From: Lingula anatina
Taxonomy: Eukaryota > Animalia > Brachiopoda
Direction: 5' to 3'
DNA: 64,000 nucleotides
Assembly (NCBI GenBank): GCA_051362555.1
Contig: CM120644.1
Coordinates: 5,588,954 to 5,652,953, forward strand
Part shown: piece by piece, positions 1 to 13,100 of the stretch
Layout of the letters: each line of letters starts with the position of its first letter
How positions within the stretch are numbered: position 1 is the first letter of the stretch
The notes under the pieces: model-generated
Database searches by the model: none
Told to the model about the DNA's origin: nothing
Seen by the model: only the letters and a program-made list of their open reading frames with translations
Translations under genes and position numbers: made by a program

Positions 1-682
1 ACCCAGAAAGAAAAATCATTTTGGACAATGCGCCCATCCAGAAAGCATGGTCCGTGCCAGACGCGCTGCAAGAGCGCGGTATCCCACATTTGGATTGGCC
101 TGCATATTTACCAATTCTCAATGTAATCGAGCATGCTTAGGATATGATTGACAGGGCAATAAGTGAGAGACAACCTTCAGTTAGAAACATTAGAGAGGTC
201 CAACAGGCAGTAAATAAAGAATGGAACCGGCTCTCAAAGCAAGATTGGCAGAATTTGGTGGCAAGTTGCAGGAGACAATGTGAAGCTGTTGTTCAAAACC
301 AGGGAAAGCACACCCGATATTTATTGCATAATAGACGATTAATCATCTATTATCTACAGTCTACTTGTATTAGAACTAATTCTTAGATGATTGAACTTTA
401 TTTTTTCATAATAAGCTGTTTTAATCAGCACGTACTTTTTGCTGTGTGAGCATACTTTTTTGACACATGGTTTGGCATATTTTAGTACCGTTTGGTTAAT
501 AAAGTCATTTTGATTATTGCAATAAGCTGTGTGGTGTATTTCTTTGACCGAAATATTCAACTTGAATAAGTTATTTATAAAATATGAAAGAAATATGCAT
601 AATCCCACCAACAAATGAAATAATGATCATGATAGAAGAAACTTTTGAAAAAATCGGGGTGTTGCTTAACTTATGAGCATCA

Positions 683-685
<3 letters not shown>
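1..685 (+). mobile_element. 3' part of a decayed Tc1/mariner DNA transposon (transposase C-terminus plus probable right end)
   Basis: Frame 3 from nt 3 reads ILDNAPIQKA..LQERGIPHLDWPAYLPILNVIEHA*DMIDR..NLVASCRRQCEAVVQNQGKHTRY. This matches the Tc1 DNAP..WP.SPDLNPIE..W..GG.T.Y C-terminal pattern, with a premature TAG and a degraded SPD motif. The sequence ends ...GAGCATCAGTG at 685, directly followed by a TA run (TA target). Confidence 0.85.

Positions 686-756
<71 letters not shown>
686..756. repeat. (TA)n microsatellite
   Basis: About 35 TA units seen directly, with one CA interruption. Confidence 0.95.
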
Positions 757-758
<2 letters not shown>

Positions 759-759
759 A

Positions 760-1078
760 TCTTTCTATCTATCTCATTCTATCTCCATATTTCATCACTC
801 AGTCATGGGACTGCTTTTCGGGTCTTACATTTGCTTTGAGAAAATAATAATTATAGCCACCACCCACGTTTCTCGCTCTGTATCTCTGTCTCTCTCTCTC
901 ACACACACACACATGGGCGTCTGCAGGGGGCGGGGGTCAATAGGTCACTTAATCCCCCTGGAATTTCGGAACTGCATTTTTATAACTGGTACCCAGCCAA
1001 TAATTATCTCCCCCTTCAATGACTTTGACCCCCCACCCCCCGGGGAAAAATTTCAGTGGACACCGACGCACACACACA

Positions 1079-1121
<43 letters not shown>

Positions 1122-2927
1122 TGACACATAAGTTGACACAAATATATATTTTTTTAATATTCACTATTTACCCTTATAGAAAGGTGAAACTTCTGAAAAC
1201 AAAACATTTATTGCACGTGAATGTGGGCAAATGCACTTAACTATTTAGTTCCTTTTCATGTTTCTCTACTCGGCTGACTTGTGGCCTGTCACAAATATTT
1301 CAGCACTTTATAGCTGGCTTTTTTGAATACATTACAACAAAATCCCCAAACAAATCTGTGTGAAGTTATGGAATAACTCAATTAAAATATAGCAGGATAA
1401 GATATACCCTTCCCCACTATACAACTTACAGGCACCGTAATTGGGCAAAATCCTTTATGGTTCTAAGAGACAAATGTCCTAGGCAGGTATTGCTATAGGC
1501 AGGGGCTGTATAGGACATTTTTTTTTTTTTAATTTTCGTAAGGAGATCTCATTTCACTTACGACGTACGATATTCCAGGGAACTATTACCAGTGGTCCAT
1601 CTACCTGATACAAAATCAGGTGAAGGGCCTTTGGCAGATTTTCTGACTGTTAGCGCACTTTGACGACACCATCCATCTGGTCTCTGGTAGAACATATGTG
1701 GGCCTTAGCTTCAGAGGCTTCAAAACAATCTCAAGACCCAAAGGTTTGTGCAAATCCACCTGCTGGGATTTACCGTTTAAAATGGTCATAGTTCGATTTT
1801 TCACCAGATATTTACAAATTTACCCGTAAAATTCATGACACAGTCATATTCCGTAATGCACACGCACATCTAACTAATATCCGGTCCTGGTACAGGGAGC
1901 ATGGGGAAAGAGGTGTTCTGAACCACTTTTTAAGACCAGTCCCACTAGTAAACTCAAAACGCGTCTTGCTTCGTCAAGAAAACCGCCAACATTGCTAGTT
2001 ATAATAATAATAATAATAATAATTATTATTATTATTATTATTATTGTTATTATTATTATTATTATTACTATAATTGAGGCCTAAAATATATCTGGTTAAT
2101 CACATGGCTGCCATCTCCCACCATCTCCCTCTCTCTCTCTCTCTCTGTCTGTCTGGCTCTTTCTCTCTCTGACTAGTTGATTTTTTTAAAGCAAATGCAC
2201 CAGAAAGAGGAAATGATGAATATGTGGTATAATTGACAGTTACCGCTCTCTTACTTTTCATCCCTCTCCCTAGTTTGTCTACCTCACAAGCACAGCCTGC
2301 CCCCCCCCCCCCCCAATCTGTTTCTTTCTCATTACTTCATTTTACTCCTACTCCACCCCCACCCTGAAAAATATGACAAGATACCCGGAAGAGTTTTCAA
2401 ACGTTTATTCACCAACTTACCTTTTATATAATTATAAGGGATTATATGGAATATATTTTTCAGTACTTCAGTACTCAGTTTTCTTTACATCACCGTAAAT
2501 TGCGTGATCGCAAGAACTTCACTTCTAATCTGTCATTTCACTATCTAACGTTTCCTTATAAAACACCCTCAGCGGACCTGGCTTTAGATTTAATATTTTA
2601 AATTTTATTTCTAATGCATCATTACTTGGTGAATTCCAAAACTCCAGTCTGCGGTTGTTGAATTGTTTGATTGTGAAAATAACCAATCAAATCAAACTCG
2701 AACTGACTGAAAATCTTCACCTTTACGAAAAAAAGTGTGTGTGGTACTGCGCTCAGAAAAGAGTTTAGAAAAAAACTATCTCTCTCTATCGCTCATCACT
2801 CAGTCACGGGAGGGATCGTCGGGTCTTACAGTAGCTTAGTTTAACTGACAATTACAGCCGCTTTCCACCATCCATCTCTCTCTCTCTCCCCCTCTCTCTC
2901 AACATTATCAACACTCTCAATATTCTC

Positions 2928-2963
<36 letters not shown>

Positions 2964-3998
2964 GTGGTGCATATCTTGACACAAAACATTTTTCAATATT
3001 CGCAGTTTACCCTTATAGAAAGGTGAAACTGTTGAAAAACAAGACATTAATGGAACGAGAATGTGGGTAAATGCACTAAGCTATTTAGTTCCATTTCATA
3101 TTTCTCTACACAGCTGACTTGTGTCCTGACACAAATATTTCAACTATATTGAATATCGGCCATTATGATTACCTTACGACAAAATTCCAAAACAAATCTG
3201 AGTGAGGTTCATGGTAAATCAATTAAAATAAAACAGGATAACATGTTCTTTCACCAATATACAACCTATAGGAAATTGGCCAGAATCCTATGTGTACTTA
3301 AAGGACATATATGTCCTAGGCAGGCATTCCATTGGACGTCCGACAGCATTCTTTTAGAGTCCTATCTGACATTCATTTCGAAATTTTCGTAAGGATCTTC
3401 CCTCACTTAATACTAGCTTCCTGAAACCCACCACCATTTACCTGTTACAAAATCGGTTGAAGGCCTTTGGGCAGATTTTGTGACTGTAAGCGTATCTTGA
3501 TGACATTATCCATCTAGTCTCTGGTAGAACATAGGTGGACCCTAGCTTCAGAAGCTTCAACACAATCTCAAAACCAGAGAGTGTCAATTCCACCTGCTTG
3601 CTGGGATACCCTTTAACATGGTCACAGATTGATTCTACACCAGATATTCACAGACTTGTCTGTCTAATTCATGACACAAGTCATATTCCCTAATGCACAC
3701 GTTACGTACACCTTACTACTATCCGGTCCTGGTGCATGGCGCATTGTGAGATAGATCTTCTGAACCACTATTTTAGGGCCAATCCCACTGGTAAACTCAA
3801 AAAGCACCTTGCCCACGTGTATAAAACCACTAATATTGCTAGTTATATTTTATACAGGTGTAATAATTATCATTGAAACTTAAAACTAATCTAATTAATC
3901 ACATGGCTGCTTGTCTGGCTCAGCACTCATTTTTACCTGCTCCACCTGACATAACTTAAAGTGGCAATTACCGCCACCTCCCACCATCTCTCTCTCTC

Positions 3999-4037
<39 letters not shown>

Positions 4038-4121
4038 AGTGGGGCTATTTGGATTCAAATACACCTGAAAGGGGGTAAAACGTACATTTGTAATAAATGA
4101 CAGTTACCGCTCTCTCTCCAT

Positions 4122-4164
<43 letters not shown>

Positions 4165-5071
4165 GTTTTGCTATAATTTTGAAAAAAACGTCTCTACGCC
4201 CGGATAAAACTCGGCCCAAAGTGACAATTTTTAAATTAATGCAAAATGCGATCAAACTTAATCTACCACACCCATGCTTAATAAACTTTCTAGACACATC
4301 TACATCTCATCTTTAAAGCACCAAGTTGTTAGTTGTTCATGCTAACTTTAAAAAGCTCCACAGCGAAAAGTCGTCAAAACCATTTCACCATCCCTATTGA
4401 TTAATACAAAATTGACAAACACACACCTAATGGACATCATATTGTTAGTTGGATATACATTCAATAAAATACAATCTTAGATTTAATTAATATTTTCATC
4501 TTTAGCTTATACGTTATCACTCACCCTTTTGTTGCGTTGCCTTTTTGACCTTTCTGCTTAAATTAAAAATGAACAAACAATTAAAAAACGGGTGGCTGAA
4601 AATGTAAATAATTCAAAAACAAGACCTCAGTTTTATTTATTTTATAATGAGGCTGTAATACGGAGTGTATAGTAGATTTACTAAGCGTGCTACATTTAGG
4701 CCAGCGGATTAAATGGTTTGGGTCATACTATAAAAAGTATTTTTGCCAACAAATATGATTCTGGTCAATTTCCTATAGGCTGTATATTGGTGAAAGGGAT
4801 ATGTTATCCTTTTTTATTAAAATTGATTTACCATGAACTTTACTCGGATTTGTTTTGAGATTTTGTCGTCATGTATTCATAATGGCCGATAATTAATAAT
4901 GTTGAAATATTTTGTGTCAGGTCACAAGTCAGCTGTGTAGAGAAATATGAAATGGAACTAAACAATAAATTGCATTTGCCCATATTCTCGTTCCATTAAT
5001 GTCTTGTTTTTCAGCAGTTTCACTTATCTATAAGGGTAAACTGCGAATATTGGTAAATGTTTGATGTCAAG

Positions 5072-5127
<56 letters not shown>

Positions 5128-6325
5128 GAGGAGAGAATTAGAGAGAGATAGAGAAAAGAGGGAGAGAAATGTATGGTGGAAGGTGGCGGTATTTGTCAGT
5201 TCAACCCAACAAGTAGGCTTCTGACGAACCGATCCATGTCCAAATTATGAAAGAGAGAGGAGAGGTAAAAAAAAGAGAGCCGCGCCAGGCAAGCAGCCAA
5301 TTAATAACCACACTAGCATAACGTCTCAATAATTATAATGAATATCACTATCAATGATGGCGGTTAAGTTGACGTGGGCAAAATCCCTTTTCCCGTCGGA
5401 AATCTACTACTTTATCTGACCAATTTGGCAGGCCTCCAACAGTGGCTGAAAACAATCCCATATGAACCCTTTACAAGGACAGAATGTACATGAATTGCGT
5501 GTACATTATAGTAGAGAATAATTTCAGGAATTATACATTGACATATCTGGTTAAAAATCAATATGTGAACATGTTATACTTATAGGGTATCCTCTCAGCA
5601 GATGGCTTTCCCACACACCTTCTAGTTATTAGATTGTTTTGAAGCTTATGCTGCTAGGCTTCCTGTATGTTTTACTAGATACCAGATGGATGACGTCGTC
5701 AAGGTGCGCTAACCGTCACAAAAGCTGCCCAAGGGAATTCATCCAGATTTGCAGCAGCAGTAGATGGAGCTCTGGTAGTGGGTTTCAGGGTCCAAATCGG
5801 AAGTGAAGGATTTAGCTTCGGAAATTACCAAAAATAGGGCCTTCAGGTATCTATATGCATTTCGTTGGACGTCCTTCATATCTAGGATATGTGCCTCATT
5901 GGACCCAGTTGGATTTTGGCCAGTATCCTATAGGTCCTACAGTGGGGAAAGACATGTTCGCCTAATTGAGTTACCACATAATCTCAATTAGATCTGTGTT
6001 GGGATTTTGTCCTCATGTATTCATAATGGCCGATTAAAATAATGTTGAATATATTGTGTCCGGTCACAAGTCAGCAGTGCTGAGAATTGCGAAATGGGAC
6101 TAAACAATTTTAATTTTAATTTCTAGATTATCTGATCAATGTCACCAACTTTGATACAATGGCTGAGAAGTCCCGTCTCCCCACCCAATACAGGTGTGTA
6201 GAGAGATGACAATATGACTAAACAGTTAATTGCATGTGCCGTTCTTCCCGTTCTGTTAATGTTTTGTTTTTAACAGTTGTCCTTATCTATAGGGTAAACT
6301 GCGACTATGCCAGGATATGTGTCAC

Positions 6326-6369
<44 letters not shown>

Positions 6370-6500
6370 TGAGAGAGAGAGAGAGAGATGGGTTGTGGGA
6401 GGTGGCGATAGGTGCCAGTTAAACTAAGCTAAGACCCGGCAAACCACCCCATAACAAAGTGATGAGAGCGAGAGAGAGAGAGAGAGAGAAAGAGAGAAGC
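760..6500. repeat. Block of four diverged copies of a ~1.4-kb microsatellite-bearing repeat: two direct (~760-2260, ~2775-4160) and two inverted (~4757-5240 truncated, ~5280-6500)
   Basis: Shared landmarks include CCTTATAGAAAGGTGAAAC (1172, 3011; reverse complement ~5020-5040 and ~6280-6298) and GCTGACTTGTG.CCTG.CACAAATATTTCA (1274, 3113; RC ~4905-4935 and ~6045-6075). CATCCATCTGGTCTCTGGTAGAACATA occurs at 1670, ~3508 and RC ~5665-5695. CA/CT microsatellites sit at homologous positions. Boundaries are approximate. Confidence 0.85.
4190..4742. repeat. Interspersed repeat, second copy in inverted orientation at ~12765-13285
   Basis: TCTCTACGCCCGGATAAAA (4191) and AATGGTTTGGGTCATACTATAAAAAGTA (4712-4739) match the reverse complement of 13267-13285 and 12766-12793. 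Confidence 0.85.
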
Positions 6501-6745
6501 AATGTTATAATACGTTATATGAAGTCCTGAGATTGGTGGAAAGGGGTCGTACCAGAGGTAGACAAACTAACGAGAGAGTGTGAAAATGAGAAAGAGCGGT
6601 GATTGCCAGCTTAACTTCATGTATACGAACATGATGCCCTCGTTCTGGTGGATTTTTATTCCAAAAGTTCCACTGGTCTTCATCCGTGGTAAATAACATA
6701 TACTGGTAAATATTTGCAGTCGACATGTTTCATATACGGTGTCAC

Positions 6746-6790
<45 letters not shown>

Positions 6791-6850
6791 TCGTGTGTTA
6801 GAATAACCTGTGTGAAAATTAGAGAGCGGTGAATAGCAGCTAGGTTTAGT

Positions 6851-6898
<48 letters not shown>

Positions 6899-7499
6899 AT
6901 AGAGAGAGAGTGAGAGACAGCATGAGAAAGGAGATTATAAAGAAACCGTATCAACCCAATCCAACATTAATGAGAGGTAGATAGAGCGTATTAGATGCAA
7001 TGATTGTTTTGCCATCGTTACTCTACATAGTGTTCCATAAAATGTCTTTAAGCCAAGCAGAATGCGCTGGAACGCGCCTTCTCAAACCCTGATCAAAGCA
7101 AGTAGGTTAAAGTATATCATTTGCATAGAGCTACACTGTTAACAGTAAACTTGCTAGTGTATGATTATATCAAGAATGACTGTGATTGGATGATTTTATT
7201 TGTGTCACCTCAGTTACCATGGAGACATTGATAGTGACAATATATATGTGGACAAAACCTGTTCTGGGACGTCTCATTGCTGGATCAGTCTTCAGAACGA
7301 ACAAGCAAGGTAAGTTTTATCTGGATTAAACATTTTCATAAGCGCAATGTCCAATTTACACTTACAATCAGGATCATACCATGAGCAGAAACAGCATCCC
7401 GTTTCTGTGCACCTTAATACATGTGTGACTTTTCTATTATCAAATATCTACATTGTAGTTATTTTGTTACGCTTTATTGTCAACTATATAGAGTTAGGT

Positions 7500-8800
7500 G
7501 AGACTGCTGACCTACTGCATACATTGTAATAAGCATTTACTTCGTGGCACCCAAGCAACCTGCATTGGAAGACAAAGGTAAATATTTTACAACGATATGA
7601 ATTAATTAAACTTGTCTAAATTTGACCCAGTTTTGTGAAAGGACATGTAGACCGTTGGTTGGGCGAGTAATGTCTATGTGGTTCAAATATGGCGATCTTG
7701 ATGGCCAAGGTAGCTGCTCATTCCGTTGGTTGTGTAAGTTATCTGCTATTAAAAGTGCTCAGTGTGCACCAGCAATCTCACAGTGCAACCAAAATTTGTC
7801 TCTTAAGCCTAGGTCCCAAGTACGTTTTGGACGCACGGTTTTTAGGGTCCTTGCGTCCGGCTAGGACGTAGCTAGATCGCAGGGAAGGAATCAAGTAATT
7901 GGTGAAAAGTTTCTACGTGCTGTTTGCGTCCTCCAAAAGTCGCGCAATGGACGTGCTCCTCACGCACGTTTTCTCATTTTTTGACCGTAGACCACACGTA
8001 ACAGCCGGTACGTTTGGTTGGGACCTAGGCTTTAGGTGCCCCTATCAAACTATATTGATTCCCAGATTATCCCTTTATTTGATCTGGTTCAGGTTTTAGT
8101 TGATGACAACCATTGGTATTTTGGCATCAATGTGGTATCCACGCCAAATTCTGACGCTGTCAATGACCCTAGTCAGTTTAGACACGTCACACATATTTTC
8201 GTAGGCCTCTTCTGGTTGTCTGTAAACGCTGTTGTGACTAGTTGAGCGGTACAGGTGAAATCTGACCTCAATAAAGAAAGCCACGCCGTTTCAGTGTTCT
8301 AACCACACATGGTCATGGTCCCCAATTTATTAGAGAAACAGGCGACGATGTTTTGCTGTTAACAGTGGGTTCTTCGGAGATCGTCTGGTATTCTAACCTG
8401 CTAAAACCATTTTGGTGTTCGGTAAGGACCTTGAAAAACGCGTCTTGGTGACAATTTACCCCTCATTCTGAACGGACTGGGTTGTTTTGTTTAGTTGCAG
8501 CAGCATATCCCGATTTCGATACATTGGGTGTGGCTTCTGTACATCAGTCTGGACTCTATTAAACTGTGCAGATCGTTCCGTTTGGCACAATAAACTGTCT
8601 GATAATGTCTATATGCGCCATTCTGCCACAGATTGATAAAGTTGTAAAGCAGCACTTTTTGGTTCAATTTACTCCCTGCAAAACCGACCGTTTGCATGTA
8701 AAATGTCAAATTATTCTATGCAGTAGTTGCCAACATATGGATTTTTTTTTGACAGAACCATGCTTTTCCAAAGCCAAGCTTTGACCAGCCCAAAGGAGTA
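7500..8800 (-). mobile_element. Decayed Tc1-type transposase, interrupted by a MITE
   Basis: Minus-strand translation gives RRSPKNPLLTAKHRRL..HDHVWLEH*NGVAFFIEVRFHLYRSTSHNSVYRQPEEAY..SVRIWRG..KIPMVVIN*NLN (~8390-8080). Past the MITE it gives AH*ALLIADNLHNQRNEQLPWPSRSPYLNHID (~7770-7672). These match Tc1 motifs (PLLT..HR, VLFSDESRF, SVMVWG, WPS.SPDLNPIE), with multiple stops. Ends are approximate. Confidence 0.8.
7806..8031. mobile_element. PIF/Harbinger-type MITE (226 bp) inserted in the Tc1 relic
   Basis: Perfect TIR AGCCTAGGTCCCAA (7806-7819) / TTGGGACCTAGGCT (8018-8031), flanked on both sides by TTA. A 3-bp TWA TSD is typical of PIF/Harbinger. Confidence 0.8.
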
Positions 8801-9192
8801 CTACCCAATTAAGCCTCTGCATATTACATAATGCAACAGCGCGACTGACATGGTAGTCTGTAAATTGTTAGCGATACACCTCTTCCATCCACATATCTTA
8901 TATGAGATTGGAGTTGTTTGAAAAAAAGAACACATTTTACCTAAGCGTACCTTCAAAACTGAAATATTCCGTATTAAATGTCAAGTCTAATTAAACATTT
9001 ATAAAAACGTAATAATCAAGACAAATAAATGTTATTATTTAAATGGCTCTGTTCATTAGGTTTATCAGTACCTATGGCGATATGAATTATCATACATTTG
9101 TGGATTTTTTGTCTTATTTACGTAATTTTGAGTTTCAACAAGGATTAACAACACCTTAAGTTCCATGATACATCTTCAAACTGTAGAGTACT

Positions 9193-9501
9193 CATGCCTT
9201 CCCAAAGACTCGGCACTGAAACATCCTGAATTCACTGGTAGATCGGGCCTCACTACCAGTTTTCAAGGTTTGCGTCAGTACGCATTTCACAGTATTATAC
9301 CTCGGATCAAATTTTGAGATGAGATGCACTATTTCCAACCCCGCTGAGAATCATCACTATCACATTGCGTACTAGGCAAGAGCGGTGTCGTGTCTGATAC
9401 TTCGAAGCTTGTACTGACGCACACCTTGAAAACGGGTGGTGTGGTCAGAAATACCGGTGAATTAAGGAAAAGGTGCCGAGTCTGGTAGTTGGTTAGACCT
9501 G
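9193..9501. mobile_element. Short non-autonomous TIR element, same family as 38725-39688
   Basis: Inverted arms GACTCGGCAC..CACTACCAGTTTTCAAGGT / ACCTTGAAAACGGGTGGTG..GTGCCGAGTCTGGTAGTTGG. The internal part is the RC of 38830-38910. Flanks are GTACT / GGACT. Confidence 0.75.
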
Positions 9502-10122
9502 GGACTTCAAAAGTGTTTCCATGTTTGATAAAGAAGCATTTTCTACTGAAAGGTATATTTTCTATTTCTCCCATAGATCTATCCTACAAGCATGTTTGCT
9601 TTGTCTGGTATAATAATTTTATTTATAGAGACATACATCAAGCAAAACTGAATATTATACATTTTCTCGATTCGATATTATTACCTCGCCATTGAATAGG
9701 TAAATAATGTGTAATTTTCTGTTGCACTGTCTGTCTTTTAGCTTCGATGTTCATTTTTTTTCGTTTTCTTTTTCATTTTCAAAAAAAAAAAAAAAAAAAA
9801 AAAAACATTTAAAAAATATTTGCCGTTTACTCCTGATGTTATTTCAGATAAAAGATGGTGATCAATCGATTTTTTCTGTATTTACTTTTCAAAAATTTTA
9901 GTTTCTAAATTATTAATGTTGAAATTCAAGCAATGTATCCTTGTCAAATAATCATAGTGCATTGATTTTCAGATCAGCCGAATCAGTGATGTTATTCTTT
10001 GAAAATGTAGTTGCTTGTTTGTTTTGATGTAAAATTTCAAGGACTGTGTTTGTTTCAGAGTATCATATTTCGTTCTAGCATAAACAACAGAAACAGAGCA
10101 TTTCCAAATCAGCCAATCTGTG

Positions 10123-13100
10123 ATGGAATTGTTGTTCAGCCCGCACCTTGTTTTGACTTTGATGGCGTGTGCATTTGTCCTTCAGGCTGCCGCAGATTGT
10201 AAGTATAGGGGTTAGGCGGGCATAAAATATTATCAGTTTATTTACCATATTTTGCTACCAGGAGAAAATGCAATTAATACATTAACTTTTACTCCAGGGA
10301 GAAATTGCTAAATTGATGATGCCCCAGTATGAAACGAATTTATTAGACATCTGATCGTTAAGGTCTAACAATTATGAGCATTTTAAAAATTTTGATACGC
10401 CTAGCATTTAAGTCTAGATACATGTATGTGTAAAGTCAGCTGTAGGGTTAATAGTGGGCAGGTCATTATCAAAATTAAGGAGAAATTTTGATTTGATCTA
10501 TATCTCGAGTTGCAAGGAATGCTATGGCTGTTTTTATTAACTATCACTATTTCATAACTCTTCATGATGGAGAAAAGAACAGAAAGTACGGTGAGATTAG
10601 ACAAAGGGCTCACAGTGACAGTAGCATGAACAGGCAAGCTCGTGCAGTGTTCACTTAAACAGTGGAGTATCGTGATTTCTACAAAACTATTGAAGTTATA
10701 CTTGGTGCAACTTATGCATATTTTAGAACCCAACTAGATAAGATATCCCTATTTTTGCATGGTCATAAAACTCTAACTCCTGATCAAAATGACAAAATTT
10801 GGAAATAATATTAAATTTCCGAATCGAAAATGTATGAATCTTCCTCAGTGATCTGTTCTAATCTTCCTATTTCTTATCCCTGGCCTGCCAGTGACCAATT
10901 CCGCTCCTATGACCAGGCGCCTGTCCATTCTTCCTTGATAGCATGTCACTTTATGTCATCGTTACTCATCTTTTCCTTGGATATTTCTTTTTTTTTTTCA
11001 TTATCTAATTTTATGACTAGATATATGCTTCAACGACTTCCCACCTTTATTTACCTGTACACTGTAACTAATTTTAACCTGTTAAAAAGGCAAGCTCGGA
11101 GACTGGACAACAGGGGGCAGAAATTAACAACACAACAATCAATAATAGCCTATAAGGTGTGACCGGAAATACGTTTAGACTGGGGTTGTTATGAACTCCT
11201 AGGTAATTTCTTTTGGGTCCGTTAACTTCATGTTCTATGCCAATATGTCATGCTTTGAATATTTAGACTGGAACATTTTACTATTCAATGTGGTAATTTG
11301 TCCAGCTGATGGAAGCAGTCTACTCTCGTGTAACTTTAACCCTATAGTACTTACTTAACCTTAGGAGAGTTTGAATTGGCTATGCTTATACATTGCAACG
11401 GAAAAAAAAACCCATATTTTATATTTTCAAGAGCTTTTTCATAGTTTTAAATCAGCACAAAGATAGATGCATTATTGAATAATTACATACAGGAGAAATA
11501 TCATTTTCGGTATTTGGAAGATAATAAAGGGTTACAATAACCTAAAGAGAGCGCGAATGAATACAGCTCAGAGGTCAAGTCAGTCCCGTCAATAACGCCA
11601 AGGTCAAATTAGATCTATTACCAGTAAAACCTACCGTACCTTCTTATTGGTTAGGGAGTATAAATTGTTCAGAAAGGACAAATAGTTATTCTTTTTCCTG
11701 ACAGCTTACGTAAAAATGGGAACGTTGAGCGATTTGTGCAAAAAACACATTTGTTCACTGACGTTACACAAATCATTACTTTATTATTATTTTATCATGT
11801 ACAGTATTTGTGTGAACATTTGTTTGTATTTGAAATGCATCCCTAAGTAGAAATAAGAAAAGAAAAAATGGGGATTGTCTAGGTTAAACGTAAAACCAAG
11901 TACAATTAGACGGAAAACGGAGGAGAGCTGGGTCAAAATAACGCAGAACAGCGAGAATGGTGTCAGCGAGAATGGTGCGACAACGATGAAAGTAGACAAT
12001 TTATGCCCAATTAATTTCTGGCTGCATTATCTTCAATTATCTAATGCACAACAGTACTAATTCACCATGTATTGGGTTTCAGTTATTATAACTTTCGAAG
12101 AAAAAAAATGTTAAAATTTTAACCCCTATATCTCACGCTTATTCTCGAGTTACCTGGTCTCTCGTTAACGGCAGTGTACATATATGTCTAGCAAAAAATA
12201 ACAACGGATGGAGTTATCCAAGTACGCTAGGAAAACTAAAAAACTAAAAACACAATCTCCAGTAGTCAAGACGATGAGGATGACACATATAAAGCTATCG
12301 GGAAAACATACTACCACACATTATGTACAACTACAGACATATACCAAATCAAAAAATTACCATGTGCATTTTTCCTTTCTGTAATTAAAAAACGTATTAA
12401 ATAAGTCATATTAACCTAATAGACATCCAAATCTTTGTAATATGCCCCTGCAAATTTCATTTTAATCCCACCTCACGTGGATTATTACTATCGGACATCT
12501 TGTCAGATCCGAAAGTAAATTTATGTAGAACGATTTATAATTAAATATCTTTTCCAGCTCCCTGCGATTCCCAGCCGTGCTTAAATGGAGGGACGTGCAC
12601 TGTAGATGGTGACAATTTCCTATGCGTTTGTCCTGATAATTTTGGAGGAGACACTTGCAACACAGGTACGTGTAGGTCGTGGCTGTGTGATATTGCATAC
12701 CTGATGGAGCGTGTTTCACAAAAATATCTCTGTACTGGGAGTTTTTCTTAAAATTTTAACTAAAATACTTTTTATAGTATGACCCAAACCATTTTATCCA
12801 CGAGCCTACATGTGACACGCTTAGTAAATCAACTATACTCTCTGTATTACGGCCTCATTATAAAAAATAATTAGAACTAAAGTTTTGTTTTGAATTAAGT
12901 ACATTTTCAGCCATCTGCTATTTTAATTGTATGTTCATTTTTAATTTTAGGGGAAAGGTCAAGAAGGCAAATCCACAAAAGGGTGAGTTATACATGTATA
13001 AGCTAAAGATGAAAATATTAATTAAATGTAAGATTGTATTGTACTGAATGTATATCCAGCTAACAATATGATATCCGTTAGGTGTGTGTTTGTCGACTTT

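Noticed and set aside
645-1240. ORFs rich in YI/TH/VC/ER dipeptide repeats (also at 44661-45106, 46482-46736, 57088-57336 etc.)
   Set aside because: These are translations of TA/CA/GA microsatellites, not proteins.
3480-3520. AYLDDII resembling a reverse-transcriptase YxDD motif in repeat copy B
   Set aside because: It is preceded by a stop conserved in all copies, the Tyr is absent in the other copies (HFDD, HLDD), and no other RT motifs are nearby.
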